Origin: Candidatus Bathyarchaeota archaeon
GTDB taxonomy: Archaea > Thermoproteota > Bathyarchaeia > Bathyarchaeales > Bathycorpusculaceae
Direction: 5' to 3'
Assembly (NCBI GenBank): GCA_963811105.1
Contig: CAWEPZ010000011.1
Span: forward strand, 416,001 to 480,000
Length of the DNA: 64,000 nucleotides
Positions 47,211 through 57,329 of the stretch are shown here, in pieces. Within the stretch, counting starts at the first letter, position 1. Each line of letters starts with the position of its first letter. The notes beneath the pieces were generated by a model, which saw nothing but the letters and a program-made list of their open reading frames with translations, was not told where the DNA came from and made no database searches. The position numbers and the translations under genes are program-made.

Positions 47211-48779
47211 CTGATTCCTTACAAATACAAGTGGAAACTTGTAGCAATCATAGTAACAGTTGCTATCATAAGCATAGGTATCATACACCTCTCGTCACAT
47301 AGCAGATCAGCCTTTTTAGCACCTCCAATTTCAATTAATAGAACAGTGCAGCAAAATCCAGACAGCACAAACATAACAATCAGCAACAACGACTATGTAT
47401 CAAATAACTCATCACAAACCATTTTGTTATCCACCCCAAAACCAACCCCCCATTCAGAAACCATAATCCCCGTTACCAAAAATATAGTTTCGACCACTTA
47501 CTACATTAATGACAATAGAAATATTTTTGAACCCACACCACAAGCACCTATATTTCTTAATGAAAGCGAAGGGATACAAACCGCCATTAAGGCTTTAGGC
47601 CCCAATGGCGGAGAAATCACACTTCCGTCGGACGCTAACATTTCAAGTGCAAATCTGTTAATTACCAGCAACATCATTCTCTCGGGAGTTAATCCAAATG
47701 TAACTCTTTATTTGGATTCTAAGTGTTTGAATGTTGATAAAAATGCATTCAACGTAACCATAAAAGATCTGGTCGTTGATGCTTCTAACTTAGGGAATCG
47801 CAGCGCTCTAATAGTACTTGCTGATGCCCAAAATGTGTCCATTCAAAACATCATTATTCAAAATGACATTTCAGAAAAAGATGCATTATTAACCTCAGGA
47901 AATAATGTCAAAATACAAAATTTGACATTTTCTAATGTACCGAATTCTCATCCAATTCAGATCAATGGATCTCACACTATTGTTAGGAATTGCCGTTCAT
48001 TTGATCAATCAACTTTTCATCTCGTTGGAGTGATGGGTGGTATCAAAGACGTTCATATTGATGGAAATCTGGCCGAAAATAGACCTCTATTTGATGGTGG
48101 ATATACTTTGGCTTCGTCAAGCGACATCTGGATTCAGAACAACATAATGATTAATTTTCCTAACAGAACATATGGCATATTGGTTATGGGTGGAACTCTA
48201 GAGCCTTTCAAGGCACCCTTCGACAAGGTTTTTGTCATAGGTAATAATGTAACAGCGGCGGCTGGAGCTTACAACGCCATTGCAATTTATGGGCTATCAA
48301 GCAACGTTTTAGTCGCCAATAACACTGTCGATCAAACCTTATCAGGACATAACGCAATAGCCGCCGCATCCGGCGTAAACGTTACTATAACTCAAAATAC
48401 AGTATTCGGATGCATAGAAGGCGCCGAAGGAGGAATAGAAGTAGAAAGCAACCCAGTCCACAACAGACTTACAGGAATAAGCGAAAACGTCAATGTAACC
48501 AATAACGTCGTGTATGGTTCTCAATGGGGAATATACGTTAGAATAATGGTTCCTGACCATGTTAACTGGAATGGAAACCCACTCAAATCCAAAAATATAC
48601 TCATAGAAGGAAACACCATTAGCAACTGCACCATCGGCATAAACCTGTTATATGGAGACGGCATCATTGTTAGAGATAATCACCTTATTGATAACACTAT
48701 ATCTTTGGCAGTAGACAAATCCAACGTATTAAATTACACTATTAGCAGCAATGTAATTAACGGCGATTACTTACCTTAA
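47211..48779 (+). CDS. Right-handed beta-helix protein, paralog 2, N-terminal TM anchor
   Basis: Paralog of 43873-45429; ORF-track TTG 47190 abuts a TATA box, so CTG 47211 is preferred. Confidence 0.8.
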   Translation: MIPYKYKWKLVAIIVTVAIISIGIIHLSSHSRSAFLAPPISINRTVQQNPDSTNITISNNDYVSNNSSQTILLSTPKPTPHSETIIPVTKNIVSTTYYINDNRNIFEPTPQAPIFLNESEGIQTAIKALGPNGGEITLPSDANISSANLLITSNIILSGVNPNVTLYLDSKCLNVDKNAFNVTIKDLVVDASNLGNRSALIVLADAQNVSIQNIIIQNDISEKDALLTSGNNVKIQNLTFSNVPNSHPIQINGSHTIVRNCRSFDQSTFHLVGVMGGIKDVHIDGNLAENRPLFDGGYTLASSSDIWIQNNIMINFPNRTYGILVMGGTLEPFKAPFDKVFVIGNNVTAAAGAYNAIAIYGLSSNVLVANNTVDQTLSGHNAIAAASGVNVTITQNTVFGCIEGAEGGIEVESNPVHNRLTGISENVNVTNNVVYGSQWGIYVRIMVPDHVNWNGNPLKSKNILIEGNTISNCTIGINLLYGDGIIVRDNHLIDNTISLAVDKSNVLNYTISSNVINGDYLP

Positions 48780-48801
48780 GAACGCATCATGCATCGGATA
48801 A

Positions 48802-50378
48802 TTAGTTTATTTTCAAAATAGACATAATTTTCTCTAATATTGAAATCAACCAACCCAACATTTTGTTAATAGGGCCAAGATCACCTGCAATTTCTCTCAA
48901 ATTCGCAAGATCAACTCTATTCACTGCGTGAGTTAATATCAACAAAGGAAGAAGGAGAAAAATGAAAACCAAAATCCCGAAAAATAAGTTAATTGCACTT
49001 GCAAATCTTAAATTAGAGATAACAAGGAATGTAAAGAAAGCCGCAACCCCACTCGAAAAAAAGATCTTTACTGAAAAATACCAGTCGAGCGACAAACCAT
49101 ACTGCTTCTTTATGAAAAACAGACTAATTATTAAGCTCGGGAGTCCAGCGATCAAAGTAGTAATTATTAGACCAATTAACTCAAATTGAGAGATAAATAA
49201 AAACCCGGCTGAAAAACCGATCGCTACTGTAAGGACGGTCAACTTGAGGTTAAAAGTTGTATGTCCCTGACCATTAATTAGACTAGGTACACTCAAACTC
49301 CCAAAAGCACAATAAAGGTACAGTATTGATGAGAGAGCCAAAAATAGCGGCGGTTGGTTATACCCATTAGCAAAAATCGTTTTAATCGCTGGTTCAGAGA
49401 GAACAATAATCAGAGCCAGTAACAGGTACGACAACCAAGGACGAATATTTGACCGAATATTGAAATACACTTTGAAGAGTTCCAACATCTTTTCTGTAAT
49501 CAATTTTTGAAAAAGCAGGAAATAACATGGTAGATACAGGCATAGCAAAAAAGGTAATCAAGACTACAAAATTTGACGCAACAGAATAATTGCCGATAGC
49601 TGCGTTCTCTGTCACATAAATAGCCATAGCATATGTATAAAATTGAGTCAAGAACACAGATAAAACTACCTATCGACAGTGGAAAACCATACCTAAGCAA
49701 ATACTTAACGGTACCAAAAATCTCCAACTTACTATTCACTTCCCTAGGCGACCTAAGCATTATCCAAGCAAACTCAAACCAATTATTCCTGCCGCCAAAG
49801 TGCCAAGCATAAAACCTCCAACTGCACCCATGTTTCCAGCTCCCAAGGACAACAAAAACAATTATCAAACCAGTTTTGACTAACGCTTGAATTGTAAGCA
49901 TAAAACTATTCAGATACCTCCGCTCCATTCCAGTAAAAATTGCAGTTGCCAAACTTATCAGCGCATGAGTCAAAACAGAAAAAGAAGCAATTTGAATCAA
50001 CGATGTTATTTCAGGTCTACTAAAAGTGCTCGCCAAAAATCCAGAAAGCAAAAAAGAAGTCACAGATAAAATTGAACCAAGCAGAAGCTCAAAAATTAAA
50101 CCCGAGTAGAAAATACTTTTAACCTTATCGTAGGCACCTGCACAATTATATTGAGCAGTATATTTAATCATTGCATTGGTTTATGCCCCAATCTCTAAAA
50201 GCAGCAATCAAGTTAGGCGCAGCAATTGCAATAGTGTAGAGACCATTATTATCAGCACCAACAGAATAGCAATAACAATTGTCCCAATCGTGGATATAAC
50301 TGTAGATAACACTAACCCCCAGAGAAGATGAAAACTTCCTTTTCCAGAAATTTTTGCCATTTCAGTAGCGTTAATCAT
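48802..50378 (-). pseudogene. Second flippase, several frameshifts
   Basis: MINATEMAKISGKGSFHLLWG start; fragments in all three frames are collinear with the 33633-35192 flippase. Confidence 0.85.
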
Positions 50379-50473
50379 TTATCATCAGCGGTAGCTCGTA
50401 GACTTTTCGGCTAACTAATTTCTAAACGGTTAAGTTTATCGGTTGAAGTCTATCTATTCGCCCAAACAAAAAG

Positions 50474-52591
50474 TCATTGATTAACACTTTCATTGACTGC
50501 CTTTAAAGCAGAGGAAGCATTAAACTCGAAAAGCCAAGCATTCCCAACTTCTTTAACCAAATTGAAATAAGGAGTTGCAAGAAACTGGGTAGCATTAAAA
50601 GTCCTTCGAACCACAGAATCTAGGGCAAAAGTAGAGGGTATAGAACCAATATACACATATGAAATTTTATTATCTATCAAATACGGAACCGCCCTCAAAT
50701 CAGACGAATTAGCGGTTAACAACTTCATGATAGAACTATAGTTTTCAATTCCATTGTAACCACAAAATGACTGCTTTTCAGTAACAGCCGTCAAATATTG
50801 ACCGCTATCACCTCTTGAGATCAAAATCAGGGCTTGAGAAGAAACATTATATCTAATCCAATTCATCATCAACACATCATCTTGACCGAGGACAGTATAA
50901 TAATTTAGATAATACTCAATTTTATTGTAACTCTGTTGCTGTTCCTCAACAACTGGAACACTTAGAAAAATCACAGTGGATAAAATTAACAATGATAAAA
51001 CTACTGCAAAAAACCTATTTCTGCTAAATTTTTTCTTAACTAAGCTTTCTTTGATGTTGGATAATCGTCTAATTACTAAATAAGAGATATTCACACAAGC
51101 AAAAATGACAATCGTTGTCATGATTGTTACCAAAATAAATATGTGCTGCCAGATTCTCTGTGGATTAAAAAAATCAATTAGAAAATTTATTGGCAGAAAA
51201 AGAGTAATTGCCAAATACGCCATAATTACTAACCAAAAAGAATAAGCCAACAATGAATTAAAGGCAAACCCGCTTGGAAAAAGATTCCGAAGTTTTTTAC
51301 CTAACCATGGAATATAAAATGCAATAAGTAATATTATTGTAAAAGAAGCTAAAGAAAACAATCTACCCATTTCTGAGAAGAAAACTGAAAGGGATGGAAT
51401 ATCAAGTATCCAGTTAAAGCTTGTACGCCCCATTATACTTTCTGCTAAGGAATTTGACGTTGAATTCAATTCAGTAAATTGAATACCAGCTATATTATGG
51501 GCATAAATCGAATAGAAGTACGGTACACTAAATAGCAATGGTACTAAGAAGACGACGACAAAAGCTACGTTCTTCCACTTAAAAAAAGAATAGAACGAAA
51601 CTTCGGAAAAATGATTATGATAAACTATTCTTGAAAACTTTATTATTAGAATCATCGCAAACCACAGAGTCTCTAACAAGAATGCAGTCGGATAGGTTTG
51701 AGAAGAAATAAAAAAGATCAGACCTAACAAGAAAACGTTCAGGTAAGAAAGTTGTTTTGATAACAAAAACTCAAAAATTAAACCCATGCTACTAACCACT
51801 AAATACAAAGACAACAATACAGGCAGTCCACCCCAACTCACAGGGCTCCAAGTAAACACAACGGTGAAAAAAGATGCCAATACCAAGCCCAAGATCGAAA
51901 TTGCTCTATTTTTAAACAGACATCTCAGAGTTGAATAAAAAGCAAGAGCGATAAGGCTTGGCAAAATTACAATAATTAAAATAACAATTTTTTGAATTGA
52001 AACATTGAGCAGAGATACAAAAAAAGCAGAAAGAACATGTGCTCCCGATGGATAATTAAGAGTTAAGTTAGCAAAAGGCAACCCTGAACGCGTCAACAGT
52101 GAGACAGGATTATCCAACACAATCCGCGTCATCAATGTATGATCCGCCCCATCATCAATTGTAGACCCATAAAAACCCGTTATTAACATCGAGGAAAGAA
52201 AAATAGATACAATCAATATTGAAAATACAGCAATAGCATAACCATTTTTTCTAGATAATGATAACGGTTTTTTTAACCAATTCTTTATAACATTAAATTG
52301 AGTGGCAAAGCCAACGAAAGAAAGACAAACAATGAACAAAGTAGAAAACCAAGCCAAATTAAGAAATGCAAACAGATAGTAGAAAAGAAAAACAAAGACG
52401 AAACCAAACAGCACTCTAAAATTAGCTTTTTGGAAAAAATCAAAAGAACCAAATGGATCGCCCATTTTCCTCAAAAAACAAAATAAACGTAGAACACCAA
52501 AACCAACTAAATATAAGATAAAGATACTTAGAATTGAAAATAGAACAGACTCGAATAAGGAAATCTCAGTCCAATCCCACCACATCATCAT
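50474..52591 (-). CDS. Large polytopic membrane protein, GT-C/DUF6541-like
   Basis: Many TMs; loop DDGADH..YPSGAHVL; C-terminal soluble domain (MNWIRYN, ISYVYIG). Confidence 0.65.
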   Translation of the reverse strand: MMMWWDWTEISLFESVLFSILSIFILYLVGFGVLRLFCFLRKMGDPFGSFDFFQKANFRVLFGFVFVFLFYYLFAFLNLAWFSTLFIVCLSFVGFATQFNVIKNWLKKPLSLSRKNGYAIAVFSILIVSIFLSSMLITGFYGSTIDDGADHTLMTRIVLDNPVSLLTRSGLPFANLTLNYPSGAHVLSAFFVSLLNVSIQKIVILIIVILPSLIALAFYSTLRCLFKNRAISILGLVLASFFTVVFTWSPVSWGGLPVLLSLYLVVSSMGLIFEFLLSKQLSYLNVFLLGLIFFISSQTYPTAFLLETLWFAMILIIKFSRIVYHNHFSEVSFYSFFKWKNVAFVVVFLVPLLFSVPYFYSIYAHNIAGIQFTELNSTSNSLAESIMGRTSFNWILDIPSLSVFFSEMGRLFSLASFTIILLIAFYIPWLGKKLRNLFPSGFAFNSLLAYSFWLVIMAYLAITLFLPINFLIDFFNPQRIWQHIFILVTIMTTIVIFACVNISYLVIRRLSNIKESLVKKKFSRNRFFAVVLSLLILSTVIFLSVPVVEEQQQSYNKIEYYLNYYTVLGQDDVLMMNWIRYNVSSQALILISRGDSGQYLTAVTEKQSFCGYNGIENYSSIMKLLTANSSDLRAVPYLIDNKISYVYIGSIPSTFALDSVVRRTFNATQFLATPYFNLVKEVGNAWLFEFNASSALKAVNESVNQ

Positions 52592-52862
52592 TCAACCGTA
52601 AGCCCATTACCTGAACTGACAAAGATAGTGCACAAACGCAATTTAATCAATAGCAATCATCCTTCTAGTATTCTAGTATCGTTAAACATTGTTTGTCTAT
52701 TGAATGAGCAACTTATATATTTAAGCAAAAAAGGGATCTTTTCAGCATTTATTTTCAAAGGACAGATTTTATTTTTTGAACTTGTTTCAAATATGAGAGT
52801 ATTAAATAGATCAGGAACTATTACAAGCGCGCTTACCAAGAGCAGCAATTTCTATTGCTAAT

Positions 52863-53915
52863 TTAGGAAATCAAATCCAAACTTAAGGGAGTCCCTCTGT
52901 CAATATCCTTGGCAGCACGTTTGCCAAAACAGTCCTTTAGATACTTCGGAGAAAGACCATATGCAGGTCTAATCGAACGTAAATTATCTGGAGTGAAAAG
53001 ATCGCCAGCTTTCATGTCTTGAACTACAAAAATGGATCGTCGAAAAGTTCTACTCGATTTTTCACAATCCTGAGTACAACATACTTCTGAACCAAGAGAA
53101 CTCTCAACTAATCGAAGGTCTCCTACAAGTTTCTTAAACTCAGCAGGTTCTAACGAAAAGCCACAATCTGGACCAGGAATCGCCCGAGAAAGAGTTAAAT
53201 GTTTTTCAATAATGCAAGCTCCAAGTGCAATAGAGGCAATAGAAACTTCTGGATTTAACGAGTGATCCGAAAGACCAACTGGAACCTCAAACGTCTTTGC
53301 AAGGTAGGGAATTGCACGCAAATTCATTTCATTAGAACAAGCAGGATATGAACTAGTGCACTTTAGCAAAGCAATTTCGATTGCACCCGCCTCCCTTGCA
53401 GCTAAAACAGCTTCAGATATCTCTTCAAAAGTCGCCATTCCAGTTGAAATAATAATTGGCTTTTTTGTCTGTGCCATTGCTTTAATCAATGGAATATCCA
53501 CTAACTCAAATGATGCAACTTTGTGAACAGGAACATTCATGTCTTCCAAAAAATCAAGCGATGAAAGATCAAACGCTGTTGAGAAAAAATCTAACCCTAA
53601 TTCGTTAGCAATTATTTTGAGTTTTGGCTGCCAATCCCAAGGCATGCTTGCTTCTCTATAGAGATCATAGAGAGTTCTTCCACTCCAAGGAGTACCTTCC
53701 TTTATTTTAAAAAATTCTTTGTCAGACTTCAAAGTCATAGTATCGGCTGTATACGTTTGAACCTTGACGGCATCAACTCCTACTTCTTTGGCTGCATGAA
53801 TCAACTTCACCGCTTGACCAAAGTCTTGATTATGATTAGCTGATAATTCAGCCACAATGTAAACTGGTTGACTGGTGCTGATAACGCGTTTACCGATGTG
53901 AATGTAATTAGACAT
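52863..53915 (-). CDS. pseI: Pseudaminic acid synthase (NeuB family + SAF domain)
   Basis: AELSANH, KVQTY, KVASFE, STGMA, GLSDH, IEKH, FRRS, IRP..G. Confidence 0.93.
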   Translation of the reverse strand: MSNYIHIGKRVISTSQPVYIVAELSANHNQDFGQAVKLIHAAKEVGVDAVKVQTYTADTMTLKSDKEFFKIKEGTPWSGRTLYDLYREASMPWDWQPKLKIIANELGLDFFSTAFDLSSLDFLEDMNVPVHKVASFELVDIPLIKAMAQTKKPIIISTGMATFEEISEAVLAAREAGAIEIALLKCTSSYPACSNEMNLRAIPYLAKTFEVPVGLSDHSLNPEVSIASIALGACIIEKHLTLSRAIPGPDCGFSLEPAEFKKLVGDLRLVESSLGSEVCCTQDCEKSSRTFRRSIFVVQDMKAGDLFTPDNLRSIRPAYGLSPKYLKDCFGKRAAKDIDRGTPLSLDLIS

Positions 53916-55425
53916 TGATTTCTTCTCTCTCTTTCACTAAATGAAACGAGGTATAATCTTTAATATCACATTGTCCTAAAATTTTATAATTAGCTTTTTG
54001 AAAGGCCAAGACAGAGGCTGTATTATCTATCTTTATGTAGCCATGAACTTTTTTTATCTTAGTTGAATCGAAGATTTTCTGCGTTGAAATTCTGATTATA
54101 TCACTTCCAAAGTTCCTTTTGCGGTACTCTTTTTTAACACTGACTGATATTGTCGCTTCTTCATCCTTTATCTCAAATCGAACTTGGCCTACGGATTTAT
54201 TTTCACATGTTGCAATGAAAAAAATGCAAGATGGATCGTTTAACTGTTTTCTAAACCATCTAATGTGGTCTTCCCATGGGATCATCTTTGTGGAAAAAGA
54301 TGCGGAACGAACATCCGAGTCATTTGCCAGATTCCATAAAAAAAAATCGTCGCCCTCTTGAACTCTTCTTAACTGCACACCATCGATTGCCTGTGATGAC
54401 ATAGCGCTCCTTAGTGCCTTAAGAACTCTATCGGCCCCATTTCCATCTACAAGAGTTTGAGCCCGTTGCGACATTTCACTCCTTTTTTTTGGATCACAAA
54501 GCAGCCCAGAAATATTTTCGGCGATCATTGATGGCGTTATATCTTTATGCCAACCGGCATTCACAGCGGCTCGAGCTTTGCTCAGTTCTTCAACTATTTG
54601 ACATTGGTTATCCGCAATTGCTATGGTAATCATTGGCAAACCCATAAAAGCTAACTCCCAAGTTGAAGTCCCTCCCGCCGATATAGCAATATCAGCCCAA
54701 GCCATTAAATCAGACATTTTCTCAACGTTACTCTTAAGCTCTATATTGACCTTGGATTTTTCAATCAAACACTTCATTTGGTCAGAATACTGGTTGTTTG
54801 CAACAATAATCACAACGTTTAATCGATTAAGCTCCAATTGAAGAATGGCATCATAAACTTTTCGTGTAACATTCTCAAGGTCAGAACCGCCCAAAGTAAC
54901 CAATATATTTTGAGCAAATTCAGGAATCTTTCGTTTCCATCCTTGCCAGACCAAAAATTCTTTTCGAAGAAGAGCATATCGGGTACCCAATAGCAAAGAA
55001 GTATAACTCTCTCTCTTTGAATAGAGTTTTTCAGAGGCATGGATATTTTGGTTAAGTACAATGTCGGCGTAATAATGGCTTGCACAACCATTATCGTCAA
55101 TAAGCAATAGTTTTTTGCCCTGCTCCTTAATTGACCGTTGGTATGCCACATCAAAATGGTATCCATCTAATACTATCCACGACGCAGACACTTCCTTTGA
55201 AGCCTCCACTGTCTGTTTGGCATCATCAACGCTGCCAGGAATGCAATTTAAAATTTTTATCTCAAAACCTTCCGATTCAAGGCGACCCCTCACCGAAGGA
55301 GTAATCATGCACATCACAAAAACTGAACGTTCACTAAACTTTCGAAAAATTTGCCCGAGTGCTAGACAACGCATAACATGACCAGTACCAATCTGTAGGC
55401 TAGCATCTGCCCTGAAAACAATCAA
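53908..55425 (-). CDS. pseG: PseG UDP-sugar hydrolase fused to GNAT N-acetyltransferase (PseH-like)
   Basis: FRADASLQIGTGHVMRCLAL, TLGGSD, AGGTSTWE, ADNQ; C-terminal ANDSDVR..HIRWF..GQVRF..NTAS. Confidence 0.9.
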   Translation of the reverse strand: MIVFRADASLQIGTGHVMRCLALGQIFRKFSERSVFVMCMITPSVRGRLESEGFEIKILNCIPGSVDDAKQTVEASKEVSASWIVLDGYHFDVAYQRSIKEQGKKLLLIDDNGCASHYYADIVLNQNIHASEKLYSKRESYTSLLLGTRYALLRKEFLVWQGWKRKIPEFAQNILVTLGGSDLENVTRKVYDAILQLELNRLNVVIIVANNQYSDQMKCLIEKSKVNIELKSNVEKMSDLMAWADIAISAGGTSTWELAFMGLPMITIAIADNQCQIVEELSKARAAVNAGWHKDITPSMIAENISGLLCDPKKRSEMSQRAQTLVDGNGADRVLKALRSAMSSQAIDGVQLRRVQEGDDFFLWNLANDSDVRSASFSTKMIPWEDHIRWFRKQLNDPSCIFFIATCENKSVGQVRFEIKDEEATISVSVKKEYRKRNFGSDIIRISTQKIFDSTKIKKVHGYIKIDNTASVLAFQKANYKILGQCDIKDYTSFHLVKEREEINV

Positions 55426-55428
55426 ATA

Positions 55429-56160
55429 CTAACTCTTCTCCAAAGCTTTCTGTTGTACATGACAATTTAGCTCAACCAAACTTTGGTCAGCCTCGCACAG
55501 ATTTAGTACCTCAGTCCAGCTGAATAAATTGTTGCAACCCAAAATTTCATAAACTCTACGAACAAATTGAAGATCTTCAGGAGTATCGACAGTCCAACGA
55601 TACTTACTCCAATCACCTGAATTAGTTACAGATAAAAGCTTGAATAAATCAGCATTTTCATAAATATATGGCGTTACATGAGCCCTATGATAGGGTTTAA
55701 ACGAATTTTTCCAAGCGATAGTTAATGCACGTAAACCAACCGCTTCAACATCCAAACCACGTGGATATGTACGATGCAATGTATTACTTGCATAATCTAT
55801 ATCCGAATTCAAAAAAGCTTGAACAACCTTATCAATAATTATTGGCTCAATCAAAGGACAATCAGCGGTTACGCGAACCCCAACTTCAGCCTTATGAAAA
55901 AGCGCAGCCTGATAAAAACGATCAAGTACATCCTCTTCGCTACCTCTAAAAACAGCGACCCCTAACTTACCACATTCATTTTCAATTAAGTCATCAACAA
56001 GTGAATCGCTTGTTGCAACAACAACCTTATCTAAAGAAGCCGCAGACATAACACGATGAACAACCCGACTAAGCATTGATTCGCCACAAATAGCCTTCAA
56101 CACTTTCCCAGGTAACCTATTACTGTTCATTCTAGCCTGGATTATTGCAACAATTCTCAT
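55429..56160 (-). CDS. Cytidylyltransferase (SpsF/PseF-type)
   Basis: IIQARMNSNRLPGKVL, RGSEEDVLDRF, RVTADCP, YPRGLDVE, TVDTPED. Confidence 0.88.
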   Translation of the reverse strand: MRIVAIIQARMNSNRLPGKVLKAICGESMLSRVVHRVMSAASLDKVVVATSDSLVDDLIENECGKLGVAVFRGSEEDVLDRFYQAALFHKAEVGVRVTADCPLIEPIIIDKVVQAFLNSDIDYASNTLHRTYPRGLDVEAVGLRALTIAWKNSFKPYHRAHVTPYIYENADLFKLLSVTNSGDWSKYRWTVDTPEDLQFVRRVYEILGCNNLFSWTEVLNLCEADQSLVELNCHVQQKALEKS

Positions 56161-57308
56161 GAACATTTCTCCAAGACTTTCTTGACTTCCTTTATCACGC
56201 GGTTGACATCATTATCTGACATCCCAGGAAAAATTGGTATAGAAAGGATTCTTTCGTAAGCAGACTCTGCAACTGGACATAAACCCACTGAAGTCCCAAA
56301 GTTTACTTTGTAATAAGGGTGCAAATGAACAGGAATATAATGCACGTTCACGCCAATCCCAGCATTCCTCAAGGATGAAAAAATCTGTGACTTACTCAAT
56401 TTAAGTTTATCAATGGATAACTGAACAACATATAAATGATAAACATGAAAAGCATCTTCGTTCACCTTCAAGGCTTTCACGCACGATTCACCACGAAAAC
56501 CTTCATCATACATTTTGGCAATTTCTCGCCTTCTTTCAATCCAACCCCCGAGCTTTCTTAACTGACTTAAACCTAAGGCACACTGAATATCTGTCAACCG
56601 ATAATTATAACCAAGATCCACCATCTCATAAAACCAAGTTCCAGCCTCAGCTCTTTGACGATAATCAGTCTGAATGCCGTGATTGCGAAACCGTCGCATC
56701 TTATTCGCGTAGTCTACATTATCGGTAACAACCATTCCACCCTCTCCTGTAGTTATGTGCTTTACGGGATGGAAACTAAAAACGGTAAGATCCGCCAAAG
56801 AACCAATCCAATCACCTCGATATTTGGCTCCAAGAGCATGACAAGCATCTGAAATAAGAATCAAGTTATTTTTTTCAGCAATCTTGCTCAAAGCATCATA
56901 ATTACATGGCTGTCCAGCATAGTCAACCGCAATTATAGCTCGGGTTTTGGGATTAATCTTCTCTTTTAATTTCAAAGGGTCTATCAATAATGTATCCGGT
57001 TCTATATCAACAAAAACGGGAGTTCCCCCTTGATACACCACAGAGTTAGCAGTCGCAACAAAAGTCATTGGCGGCACAAGAACTTCGGCTCCATTGATAA
57101 TGTTTGAAGCAAACGCAGCCGCATGCAAACCAGCAGTTCCACTTGAAAAAGCCACTGCATACTTAGCACCCACAAGTTCTGCAACTGCTTTTTCAAAAGC
57201 CTCAACCATCGGACCTGTAGTTAACCAATCGGAACGCAAAACATTTGTTACTGCTTTAATATCTTCTTCGTCAATCGATTGCTTACCATACGGTATAAAA
57301 TCTAGCAT
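56157..57308 (-). CDS. pseC: UDP-4-amino-4,6-dideoxy-N-acetyl-beta-L-altrosamine transaminase
   Basis: IPYGKQSI, WLTTGP, DACHALGA, FSFHPVKHITTGEGG, VNVHYIPVH. Confidence 0.93.
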   Translation of the reverse strand: MLDFIPYGKQSIDEEDIKAVTNVLRSDWLTTGPMVEAFEKAVAELVGAKYAVAFSSGTAGLHAAAFASNIINGAEVLVPPMTFVATANSVVYQGGTPVFVDIEPDTLLIDPLKLKEKINPKTRAIIAVDYAGQPCNYDALSKIAEKNNLILISDACHALGAKYRGDWIGSLADLTVFSFHPVKHITTGEGGMVVTDNVDYANKMRRFRNHGIQTDYRQRAEAGTWFYEMVDLGYNYRLTDIQCALGLSQLRKLGGWIERRREIAKMYDEGFRGESCVKALKVNEDAFHVYHLYVVQLSIDKLKLSKSQIFSSLRNAGIGVNVHYIPVHLHPYYKVNFGTSVGLCPVAESAYERILSIPIFPGMSDNDVNRVIKEVKKVLEKCS

Positions 57309-57329
57309 CACATGACCCCCAAGCAAAAG

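Noticed and set aside
43978-48779. Template/variable repeat pair of a diversity-generating retroelement
   Set aside because: No RT in the window; both copies are full genes and differences are not adenine-specific
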